Program-made: the position numbers and the translations under genes | Virus record (IMG/VR): IMGVR_UViG_3300030433_001537 | Coordinates: 1-29,634 of that record | Direction: 5' to 3' (one strand) | DNA length: 29,634 nt | Source of the DNA: a virus | Taxonomy: Duplodnaviria > Caudoviricetes | Notes under the pieces: generated by a model | The model's input: the letters and a program-made list of their open reading frames with translations, nothing else | Told to the model about the DNA's origin: nothing | Database searches by the model: none | In this document: positions 15,727 through 24,236 of the stretch, piece after piece | How positions within the stretch are numbered: the first letter of the stretch is position 1 | How the letters are laid out: the number at the start of each line of letters is the position of its first letter

Positions 15727-17607
15727 TTACTTAGGATATGCTCCTTTATCTTTCATATTAAAAGGTGCTTTTTCACTTTCTTTTGTACCTCTAGGATTTT
15801 TTATATAACTCTTAGGGATAGTTCTTGTTTTCTTATATTCTGCTAAATTTTCTGATTCTTCAGATCCTTGCTTTAATCTATACAAAACTCTTACCCATTT
15901 ATGCCTACAATATATCCCACCTTTAAACTTAAATATATCATAAGGCTTACCTTTATGCCTAAACTCTACATTTACTCTTTCTCTAAAACTAGCTTTATCT
16001 ATATCTTCTATTCTCCATACTATACCTTCTCTTGATAGATTCATCATCTCTTCACAGAAAGGCCTAGATTTATTACCCTTCTTCATTGCAGCTCTAGATC
16101 CTATAGCATATTTATAACGAATTTTATATAAGCCATTTTTAGAATCTAAGTAACTAAATGCACTTCCATTTCTTAAACTGCCTACATTTTTATTACTTGA
16201 GCTTTCTAATCCTACATACTCTCTTATCTTAGATAGTGTACTCTTTTTTTCTTTGATAAGATAATTAGCCCAATCTTCATTGCTTATATCACTTTCCTCA
16301 TCTAGTTCATCTACAAACTCATACTCTTCATCCATTACTGTACCACTCTCTCTAAGTGATCCTAGTATATCTTCTGCCTGTTCATCTGAGAGATCAGGCT
16401 GCTTACTTAGATCTTCTTGTTTGATACCAGTTTCTTCTTCTATTGTTTCATCATCTTGTACATCTGTATCTATTTCTGTAAACTCTAGAGGTTGTAATGT
16501 AATGAAATAAAGATTTAAGGTTATGTTATTAAATGCAAGTAACTTATCAAAGTGTTCTATAAGTAACTCTTGGAAAGGCCTTATGATAGTATTGTCAAAA
16601 AGCAAACTAGCAGTTTTAATCTCATCTGCATTGTTACCTAAACCTGTACTATCTTTGATACCTAAAAGCATTGGAGAAACCACTCTATGAGCTAACATAA
16701 TCTTCTTTGTACTCTCTTCACTAAGGAATTGATACTGCTGATGAGCATCTGATAATTGTACTGGAGTTATCTCTGCTTGAGCATCCCTGTTATCATTAAA
16801 GGCTAATATAAATTTACCTGCATTACTAGATCCACTAAATTTTTGTGCAATCTTATGTTCAAGTAATCTTCTCTCTTCTTCATTTGGAATACCATTATTA
16901 AAATTAATTAACATTGAAGGGCTGAGGCCTTGTTGTATATTATTGATGTGATAGTTAGATATTTCTTCTTCTAGTAAACAGTATTGAATACCACCTTGAT
17001 AATCTACAGGAGAATAATAATAAAATCCTGCTGAATATGGTTGAATGTACATTATTTCTATTGCCTCATTGCTTTTACCAAATGCAGGTATTCTTCTAGG
17101 CTCATCTGATTGTTTTATGTTTTCCCAGTCTTTAAAATAGTAATAGGCATCTACTTCTCCTTCTTTGTTTGCTTTTTCAGCTCTAAGTGTTTCTATAGGT
17201 AAGTGTTCTAATTGTGCTATACTTTTTCTATCTTTTGAGTATATTACTTGTACTGCACATTGCCCCATTAATTTTAGATCATAACATAATTTTCTAACAG
17301 TATTTGGTTTTAAAAGAGTAATCATCTTTGCATACTCTTCAGGTTTTTTGTTTGCATCTGTAGCATCTAAACCTTTACCATATATTTGTTGAGATATGCC
17401 ATTGATAGCAGCAGAGTTTGTTGGAGATCCATTATATCTATCTATGAGATATTGAAAATAATTATTATCCTCTCCATACTCTACAAAATCTTTATTTACT
17501 ACTTCCTTAATCTCAGGAGCAGTATAACTATTTAAGTTTACAAAACTTACCTCTGATTTAGAGTGCTTTGTAAATTGTCCTAATTTATTTCTTAATCTTT
17601 TTTTCAT
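15727..17607 (-). CDS. Portal protein with acidic linker and Cys/His C-terminal extension
   Basis: YGEDN.Y..YLID.Y..SPTN.A.I, YYSPVDY, NNIQQGLSPSMLI, GSSNAG and AHRVVSPML.GI portal-type motifs in the first ~380 aa. Confidence 0.8.
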   Translation of the reverse strand: MKKRLRNKLGQFTKHSKSEVSFVNLNSYTAPEIKEVVNKDFVEYGEDNNYFQYLIDRYNGSPTNSAAINGISQQIYGKGLDATDANKKPEEYAKMITLLKPNTVRKLCYDLKLMGQCAVQVIYSKDRKSIAQLEHLPIETLRAEKANKEGEVDAYYYFKDWENIKQSDEPRRIPAFGKSNEAIEIMYIQPYSAGFYYYSPVDYQGGIQYCLLEEEISNYHINNIQQGLSPSMLINFNNGIPNEEERRLLEHKIAQKFSGSSNAGKFILAFNDNRDAQAEITPVQLSDAHQQYQFLSEESTKKIMLAHRVVSPMLLGIKDSTGLGNNADEIKTASLLFDNTIIRPFQELLIEHFDKLLAFNNITLNLYFITLQPLEFTEIDTDVQDDETIEEETGIKQEDLSKQPDLSDEQAEDILGSLRESGTVMDEEYEFVDELDEESDISNEDWANYLIKEKKSTLSKIREYVGLESSSNKNVGSLRNGSAFSYLDSKNGLYKIRYKYAIGSRAAMKKGNKSRPFCEEMMNLSREGIVWRIEDIDKASFRERVNVEFRHKGKPYDIFKFKGGIYCRHKWVRVLYRLKQGSEESENLAEYKKTRTIPKSYIKNPRGTKESEKAPFNMKDKGAYPK

Positions 17608-18053
17608 ATTACAATATACTCATTATTGTAAGAATCATTTGTGATATATACATCCTTGTTAATATTATAATGGTCATTGTCATTTAGTTGGTCAATATCT
17701 TGATCTGTTACAAATAACCTATCTTTATAAATTCTTTCTTTTTGGTTGCTATCTGTTTGCCAAATCTCATCATACATCTGCCACAAACTTAAGTTCATAT
17801 TCCAAAAATTAAAATCAGCAAATAGATCAAAATCATAATATCTTGCCTCTTTAAATATACTTGCAAGTTCACTTGCATTATTTACAAAAGTTCCATCAAA
17901 AGTTAGAAAATCTCCTACTCTAGTTGGATCACTTATAAAGTAAGTGAATTTTTTATTTAGTAGGTTATCTCTAATTTCTGTTTGAAATGCAGTCAAATAT
18001 TCTCTAGGAATAACTTTAAATGATTGACCTGCTCCTGTGTTTATTACTATCAT
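17604..18053 (-). CDS. Hypothetical virion-associated protein
   Basis: 149 aa between the tail tube and portal genes, coupled to the portal, with its own CGTTAT motif. Confidence 0.6.
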   Translation of the reverse strand: MIVINTGAGQSFKVIPREYLTAFQTEIRDNLLNKKFTYFISDPTRVGDFLTFDGTFVNNASELASIFKEARYYDFDLFADFNFWNMNLSLWQMYDEIWQTDSNQKERIYKDRLFVTDQDIDQLNDNDHYNINKDVYITNDSYNNEYIVI

Positions 18054-18060
18054 TGCTTAT

Positions 18061-18085
18061 ATAACGAATTAATTAATTTAATTTG
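18061..18085 (-). promoter_or_regulatory. Putative phage late promoter (CAAAT-N14-CGTTAT)
   Basis: Just downstream of a terminator and 7 nt upstream of the ATG at 18053. Confidence 0.7.
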
Positions 18086-18091
18086 TAAAAT

Positions 18092-18118
18092 AAAAAAGCA
18101 CCCTGATAAGAGTGCTTT
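18092..18118 (-). terminator. Intrinsic terminator after the major tail gene
   Basis: Minus strand AAAGCACTCT-tatc-AGGGTGCTTT-TTT. Confidence 0.8.
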
Positions 18119-18147
18119 CTTAAATTAAACTAAAATTAGATATATTA

Positions 18148-18669
18148 TTAGTTAGGAGTAATCTGAGTTGCATTAGCAGTTATAACTCCTGCATCTACAA
18201 AAGCAGGTGCTTTTTCCTCTTGACCTTCAAGAGTTAGTGTAAATCCATATAGATCTCCTGCTGCTGCTCCAGTTACTACTGTACCACCTGTTACTTCACA
18301 TCCATTCTCTATACCACAAAGGAATTGATTTCCTAAGTAATCTTCAACTACCACGTGAGGCCTAGAAACTATAATTAGTTGTAGCTCTTGTTGAGTAGCA
18401 TTATCTAAGAATGGCAATGTAAGATTAATGGTTTGTGCAAAGAATGTAGTACCATTTTCTCTAGAACTATTTACTGTAGATTCTAAAGAAGAGTTACCTT
18501 TTACATCAAACTCAAAAAAAGCAGGGCTTCCTGAAAAAGCAGATATAGTACCATCTGCATCTACAGTTACAGTACCTAGTGTACCAAAGTCAGCAAAGTA
18601 AACTTTTTTTACTCCACCAAATCCTGTTTTACAAGGTAATTTTCTTCCTGTTGTTAATGTACAAGCCAT
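18148..18669 (-). CDS. Probable major tail (tube) protein
   Basis: 173 aa, beta-rich; MAC.LT.GR..PC....GG, ENGTTFF.Q and GFTLTLEG.E; follows the capsid gene and is flanked by terminators. Confidence 0.65.
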   Translation of the reverse strand: MACTLTTGRKLPCKTGFGGVKKVYFADFGTLGTVTVDADGTISAFSGSPAFFEFDVKGNSSLESTVNSSRENGTTFFAQTINLTLPFLDNATQQELQLIIVSRPHVVVEDYLGNQFLCGIENGCEVTGGTVVTGAAAGDLYGFTLTLEGQEEKAPAFVDAGVITANATQITPN

Positions 18670-18693
18670 ATTATTATTTTTTTAAAAATGTTA

Positions 18694-18731
18694 AACAAAA
18701 AGGATAGGCAGGTTAATACCTACCCTTTGTT
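18694..18731 (-). terminator. Hairpin/terminator between capsid and tail-tube genes
   Basis: Minus strand AAAGGGTAGGT...GCCTATCCTTT-TTGTT. Confidence 0.7.
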
Positions 18732-18739
18732 AAAATTTA

Positions 18740-19654
18740 TTATACTGTAGGATCGTATAAAACTACTTCACTACCAAATCCATACTGGATTCCTGAAGTA
18801 AATCTCATAATTACTCTTACATTTTGTGATCCATCTAAATCAGCCATATCTAGAGTTTTTACTAAGTTATGATCTGATAATAGTCCTGTACCAAAGTATA
18901 GGTTAGATTTTTGAGCTAGTACCATTTGATTATCATTTAATCCCTGTGCTAGGAAAATACTGATACCATCAAAAGTTAGTGGCTGATCCATTGAATACCA
19001 CATATTAACTCTATTCTCATATCCACCACCTTGAGCAGCTAAAGCTCTGATATATGCCTTTGCTACATTTTTAGATACATACAAGTATAAATCTTCTTTA
19101 CCATATAAAGCAGAAGGACAAGCATCTACTACTTTACCAATTTCTGCAATTACATTAGCAGAAGTTACAGTAGTACCTGAAATATCATTTACATCTGAAT
19201 CTGCTTTGAATAATGTTACAAAACCATCAAACTCTCCTGCATTACCATTAGCACCATTCCAAATAGATTGCTCAGTTTTTTGTGCTACTTGAGCAGCTAC
19301 TTCTGCAATTAGAAAATCACTAAATTTCTTAGGCATTTTTTCGTAAGCTGAAAATCCTAGCTCTGCTGCTTCCCAAGAACTTACAAATGGAGTTAAACAA
19401 AACTCATTGTTTACTTGGAACTCTTCAGGTTGTAAAACTCTTTCAGTAAGAGCTATATTACCTGCTGATGTGAAATCACAACTAGCATTAGCAATAATAC
19501 CTGATACTGCCATCTTGCTGATGTTCTCTTTATATTTAATATTAGGCAATACTTCTATACCACCTTTTGCGATTGTATCGCCTGATAACAATGCAGCAGC
19601 TATATATTTACCTGCCCATTGACCTGCATAATTACTTGTTATACTTAAAGCCAT
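18740..19654 (-). CDS. Major capsid protein
   Basis: 304 aa directly after protease and scaffold; IWNG...GEFDG and NLYFGTGL; followed by a terminator. Confidence 0.8.
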   Translation of the reverse strand: MALSITSNYAGQWAGKYIAAALLSGDTIAKGGIEVLPNIKYKENISKMAVSGIIANASCDFTSAGNIALTERVLQPEEFQVNNEFCLTPFVSSWEAAELGFSAYEKMPKKFSDFLIAEVAAQVAQKTEQSIWNGANGNAGEFDGFVTLFKADSDVNDISGTTVTSANVIAEIGKVVDACPSALYGKEDLYLYVSKNVAKAYIRALAAQGGGYENRVNMWYSMDQPLTFDGISIFLAQGLNDNQMVLAQKSNLYFGTGLLSDHNLVKTLDMADLDGSQNVRVIMRFTSGIQYGFGSEVVLYDPTV

Positions 19655-19666
19655 TTTTATTTATAT

Positions 19667-20269
19667 TTATAGGTTATTTAATTTTTCTAAAATTCTATCT
19701 TTTACAGTTTTTGCTCTGCTTTCTGAGAATTGGAAACCACTTGCTCTTTTAGCACTTCCTGTTTCAGGGCTATGCTTGATTGGCTCAGTAGCAGGTTTTG
19801 ATAACTCTTCATTGATTATCTCTTCTGCTTTGACTTCCTCATCCTTAGATAGTTTTTCTTCTGCATCAACTTTTTCCTCTTCTTCTTTCTTCTCATCTTC
19901 TTTGTGATCCATCATATCTTCAATATGTTTTTTAAGCTCATCCATTTCTTTTCTGAACTCTTCTCTTGTAACATATTTCATTTCTTCCTTATCTTCTTTT
20001 TCTTCGTGTTCTTCAAGCCCTTCTTCTTTGGCTTCTTTTAACTCTTCAATAAGGCCTTCTTCTTTTACAACTAGAACCTCTCCTGATTCTAATTCATATT
20101 CTCCAATAGGCATTTTTACTTTTTCATCATCTGTTTTGATGAATACTTCTTTTCCATTAGAAAATGTTTCAGCAGTTATTACTGTACCATTCTCTAGTTT
20201 CCTATCTTCAAGATCTACTTGAATGTCTAGGATAGTTTTAATTTTATTAAGCATATCACTACTTTTCAT
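19667..20269 (-). CDS. Capsid scaffolding protein
   Basis: Very acidic, E/K-rich coiled coil between protease and capsid genes; P.GEYELE.G..L.V.EEG motif. Confidence 0.7.
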   Translation of the reverse strand: MKSSDMLNKIKTILDIQVDLEDRKLENGTVITAETFSNGKEVFIKTDDEKVKMPIGEYELESGEVLVVKEEGLIEELKEAKEEGLEEHEEKEDKEEMKYVTREEFRKEMDELKKHIEDMMDHKEDEKKEEEEKVDAEEKLSKDEEVKAEEIINEELSKPATEPIKHSPETGSAKRASGFQFSESRAKTVKDRILEKLNNL

Positions 20270-20279
20270 AATTACTATA

Positions 20280-20304
20280 TTAACGATTATTAAATTTAAT
20301 TTTG
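20280..20304 (-). promoter_or_regulatory. Putative phage late promoter (CAAAAT-N13-CGTTAA)
   Basis: 10 nt upstream of the scaffold ATG. Confidence 0.7.
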
Positions 20305-20309
20305 CATTT

Positions 20310-20465
20310 TCAGGATGCTACCCTATTAATTACACCTATACCTTGAGCAAATAGTGATCCATCACAACACTCAATAGAATAGGTATTTCTATCCTTACAA
20401 TAACAAGCTCTTCTGCTTCCAAGAGGGCTTGTTCTACTTGGAAAATAATTTTTTTTATTTACCAC
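20310..20465 (-). CDS. Small Cys-rich protein
   Basis: SP.GSRRACYCKDRNTYSIECCDGSLFAQGIG; likely start is GTG at 20465 rather than the track start 20531, which overlaps the protease gene more deeply. Confidence 0.65.
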   Translation of the reverse strand: MVNKKNYFPSRTSPLGSRRACYCKDRNTYSIECCDGSLFAQGIGVINRVAS

Positions 20466-22062
20466 TTTTAGGATGTTTTTTTGGTAGTAAATCATTATCC
20501 GATTTATATTTAGGATTCTGAGGCCTACCATTTTTTACTAAATACATATAAGCATTAACTCTTGCAAATGCCCAAGCTGATGCTGATTTAATTTTAGGAG
20601 AATGTGAAACATTGAAAGCACCTAAACCTCTTTGAAATACTGATTTAAGTTGGCCTACTGTAACACCATATCCTAATTTATCTTTATATCTTTTATTAAA
20701 GTCATCTGCCTTTTTTTGTAAAGTAGCTTCATCAGCTTTTGATACTTTTGCTCCTCTACTTGTTGAGGCATCTCCTTTTGCAGTTCCTTTGCCTTTTGGA
20801 TTTGGATTAGGAGTATCTGATTTAGGAGCTTTAGGACTTTTTCTAATACCTCCTCTTTCTCCTACTTCTGCATAATTATCTCTTTCTTTAACACACTTAC
20901 CATCCTTTTTTTTATATCCCATAGGACATTTTTTATGCTTACTCATATCATCCTTAATATGAAACTCGCAAGGCATATACCAAGTCTTACCTTCAAACTC
21001 GTGTTCGTGTATTCCTTCACATCCAATATTTCTAGCCATCTCTTTGGCTTTCTCTTCTGTAGAATAAGCTAGTCTATCATCAATAATAGCAAACTCATCA
21101 TTTACCACTTGGCTATATAATTCTAGTTTACCTAGTTTTTTAAGTTTAGCCTCACTCCATCTCTTAGCAGCTAGGCCTCCCCATAGTAAGTAAGATATAG
21201 TGCCACAGGCCTCCTTATCATCTGCATTATAGTATTCTTCTGCTCTTGACAAAAATGAATACATCCTCTTTATTGTTTGTTCACTTATAGGCTTACCTTG
21301 AGCTAATTGAGATGCTCTTATTTTTCCGACATCTGTAGCACATTTATTATTTACTTTTTTATTTAGATCTATTCCTCTCTTTGCATTGTTCTTAACTGCA
21401 TCAGGATAATCTGAAAAACTTTCTAAAACTAAATTCTTACCATTTTTAAATCTTGCATCATCTTTGATTATGCCCTTAATAATATTAAGCATATACTCTG
21501 CTTCTTCTTCTTCTATTTTTGCAAGTTCATCTTTATTGCTTTTTGGTACATCCATTTTATCTGCAAAATATCCTTCAATACTGAAACCTTTTACTTTACC
21601 AGTTTTTACATATTCATTCCATACATCATCATTATCTACTTTTACAGATCCCATCCAAGTACCTACAGGTACATCAAATCCATACTTTCTTGATTTGTCT
21701 AGTTTCTCATCTTCTACTATCCAACTTTCTACTAAAGTAAGGCCATTGATTTCGTGATTATGTTCTAAGGTAGAATTGCTTTGATGTCCTTTTTTTAAAT
21801 ATAGCTGAGATGCTTTTTCTATTGTTTCTTTTGAAAAATATATATAATATTCTCCATCTTTATTTTTTCTGTATATAGGTTTGTTAGGTACTAATAAAGC
21901 ACCCATCAATATTTTTTTCTCTTTGTCTATTTCAGCTAATCTAATCTCTTGATCTTTAAGAGCTATAAAATCTTCTTCTATTGCAGGATTTTCTACTATT
22001 GAGATTGCCTCAACTCCTGTTACTTCTTGATCTTCATCTAAGACTAATTCTACTATCTTCAT
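20455..22062 (-). CDS. Prohead protease (XkdF-like) with several appended domains
   Basis: AISIVENPAIE, GALLVPNKPIYR, EH, VESWIV, P.GTWM and GKVKGFSIEG in the first ~170 aa, followed by ~360 aa of other modules. Confidence 0.85.
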   Translation of the reverse strand: MKIVELVLDEDQEVTGVEAISIVENPAIEEDFIALKDQEIRLAEIDKEKKILMGALLVPNKPIYRKNKDGEYYIYFSKETIEKASQLYLKKGHQSNSTLEHNHEINGLTLVESWIVEDEKLDKSRKYGFDVPVGTWMGSVKVDNDDVWNEYVKTGKVKGFSIEGYFADKMDVPKSNKDELAKIEEEEAEYMLNIIKGIIKDDARFKNGKNLVLESFSDYPDAVKNNAKRGIDLNKKVNNKCATDVGKIRASQLAQGKPISEQTIKRMYSFLSRAEEYYNADDKEACGTISYLLWGGLAAKRWSEAKLKKLGKLELYSQVVNDEFAIIDDRLAYSTEEKAKEMARNIGCEGIHEHEFEGKTWYMPCEFHIKDDMSKHKKCPMGYKKKDGKCVKERDNYAEVGERGGIRKSPKAPKSDTPNPNPKGKGTAKGDASTSRGAKVSKADEATLQKKADDFNKRYKDKLGYGVTVGQLKSVFQRGLGAFNVSHSPKIKSASAWAFARVNAYMYLVKNGRPQNPKYKSDNDLLPKKHPKSGK

Positions 22063-22068
22063 AATTAA

Positions 22069-22093
22069 ATAACGTGTTTAAAATTATATTTTG
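22069..22093 (-). promoter_or_regulatory. Putative phage late promoter (CAAAAT-N13-CGTTAT)
   Basis: Occupies almost the whole 33-bp gap before the protease ATG. Confidence 0.7.
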
Positions 22094-22095
22094 TA

Positions 22096-24105
22096 TTATA
22101 ATGATGCACCATCTATTATATTCCTATCTAAGCCCTGAGCAGTAGTTACATCATTACTTACTACAAAGGCCTGTACTGGTTGCTGATTGCCTAAAGCCTC
22201 AGCTATTTGACTAACACCTGATCCTCCAACTCCTGTAACATCAGGAGGAGTAGATTCTATTGTTGGTGCTGCTGCTTCTACACTAGGAGCTTCTACATTT
22301 ATAGCACCACCTGCACTTGCACCTGCTGATGCTGCTGCACTCTTAGTTGCACTTACTGCTGATTTAATTGCACTTACAATACCGAAAGCAGTTGCAGCGA
22401 AACTTAAAATAAAAGGAATGTTAAATGGAGGAGGTGCTGCACTTGCTGATTTAGCTGCACCTTTACCTAATTCAACTCCTGATTCTGCTGCATTAACAGT
22501 AGCATTATTTACTGCTTTTTTTGCATTAGATATTTGTTCTTTAGCATCTAAGATTAACTGCCTTGCTAGTAATATTTGTTTTGCTACTAATAATGCTTTA
22601 CCTACTTTACTTTCTGCACCTGCTAATAAGACTGCATTGTCAAATGTTTTTTCTCTAGTAGCTCTTTTTTGTGCTTCTATTTTTTCTTCTTCTGCAAGTT
22701 CTTTTTCTTTTTCTGCTTTTATCTTATCTGCATTGGCCTTTCTTCTTGCTTCATCCTCAGCATCAAACTCATCTTGTTTTGCTTTGACTGCTTCTCTTCT
22801 TGCTGCCTCTAATTCATCAGTTACTAAGTTTTGTTCATCAGCTTGAGTAATAAGTTTTTGAAAATGCTCTTCTATTTTAATTAATTCTAGATCTCTTCTT
22901 TCTTGTTCAGAAATTGCAGTAGCATCTCTTATTTGTTTTTTTAATTCTGCTAAGGCCTTTGCTGCTGCTAACTCATCTGCATCTTTTTGTTTTTGTTCTG
23001 CTTTCTCAGCAGCCTCTTCTGCTTTCCTTTCTGCTTTTGCCTCTCTAAGGTTAGTAGTAATCTCAGCAGTAAGTGTTTTTTGTTTCTTTAATCTTGAGGC
23101 TTCAAGTTCTATAAGTTTTGCTCTTAATGCTGCCTCTTCATCTAAATCCTCTTTTGTGGAATCAGCTAGAGCATTTTCTGCTACCTTAGCATCTAGCCTT
23201 AACTGAGCAGCCTTTATTTCAGCATCAGTTATTTCTGCCTCTATTCTACCTGCTTCTTTTAATGCCTCTATTCTATCTTCAATAGATACATTTTCTTTAT
23301 CTGCTGCTTTCTCCCTTAATTCATTGAATTTTCTAGTAGCTTCTGCTCTATCTATAAGTAATTGTCTTTCTAGTTTATCTGCCTCTGCTCTTTTATCAGC
23401 TAATTCTCCTGCAATTTTTATCTCCTTCCTAGTTTCTTCTCCAAAGTTTGCTATACCCTGCCTAACCTCTTCTAGAGCTTTACCTGCTTCTTTAAAATTA
23501 CCAGTAAAAACATTAAGAACTACATTACCAAAATCTGCTAGTATATCAGATACATTGCCTATAACTGCTTGGATCTGAGTAAAAAATCTTCTGAATTTAT
23601 TTTGGCCTTCTTCTGATGAAGTAAATGCTTTTGCTACACCTGCTATTGCAGTAGCTATTGCAATTAAAGGTACTGCTAGTAAAGCTATTCTGAGTAATTT
23701 AGAACCTTTTGTTGCTGCACCTAAAGCTCCAGTAAATCCTTGAGTTCTACTAATTAAACCACCTGTTTGCTGATCTAATAATCCTACTACCCCTGAATAA
23801 TCTCTTGCACTTTTTTGAGAATCTTTTAACTGGTCATTAGCTTTCTTTCTTTGTTTTGTAAGATCTTGTAATCCTTTTTTCTCATCAGCTATCTCTGCCT
23901 TTATTTGTTTTATTCTTTTTTTTAAAGCACCTCTATCTTGAATCTTAACAGTATCTTCTAATCTTTTGTTATATTTAAAAGAGGCCTTCTCAAGATCTTT
24001 TATTACCTGTTCTTGGATTTCTAATTGCTCATTAAGTTCAGCAACTTTTTTTTCTGCATCAGCTACACTTAGCTTTAATTCATATTCTCTTGCAGTTACT
24101 GCCAT
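22096..24105 (-). CDS. Tape measure protein
   Basis: 669 aa, Ala/Glu/Lys-rich helical with two hydrophobic segments; C-terminal PVQAFVVSNDVTTAQ. Confidence 0.75.
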   Translation of the reverse strand: MAVTAREYELKLSVADAEKKVAELNEQLEIQEQVIKDLEKASFKYNKRLEDTVKIQDRGALKKRIKQIKAEIADEKKGLQDLTKQRKKANDQLKDSQKSARDYSGVVGLLDQQTGGLISRTQGFTGALGAATKGSKLLRIALLAVPLIAIATAIAGVAKAFTSSEEGQNKFRRFFTQIQAVIGNVSDILADFGNVVLNVFTGNFKEAGKALEEVRQGIANFGEETRKEIKIAGELADKRAEADKLERQLLIDRAEATRKFNELREKAADKENVSIEDRIEALKEAGRIEAEITDAEIKAAQLRLDAKVAENALADSTKEDLDEEAALRAKLIELEASRLKKQKTLTAEITTNLREAKAERKAEEAAEKAEQKQKDADELAAAKALAELKKQIRDATAISEQERRDLELIKIEEHFQKLITQADEQNLVTDELEAARREAVKAKQDEFDAEDEARRKANADKIKAEKEKELAEEEKIEAQKRATREKTFDNAVLLAGAESKVGKALLVAKQILLARQLILDAKEQISNAKKAVNNATVNAAESGVELGKGAAKSASAAPPPFNIPFILSFAATAFGIVSAIKSAVSATKSAAASAGASAGGAINVEAPSVEAAAPTIESTPPDVTGVGGSGVSQIAEALGNQQPVQAFVVSNDVTTAQGLDRNIIDGASL

Positions 24106-24236
24106 CTCAATTCATTTTTAAGTTGTTTATATGCTTTTTTAAAAGTCATAGGTAAAGCATATTTACCCTGAGCTATCCTTATGTTTTCAGTTTCTCCTTC
24201 ACAAACCTGCAATAAATCTATTATGTTTTTTATCAT
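24096..24236 (-). CDS. Small hypothetical protein (46 aa, not in track)
   Basis: MIKNIIDLLQVCEGETENIRIAQGKYALPMTFKKAYKQLKNELRWQ*; overlaps both neighbours. Confidence 0.65.
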   Translation of the reverse strand: MIKNIIDLLQVCEGETENIRIAQGKYALPMTFKKAYKQLKNELRWQ

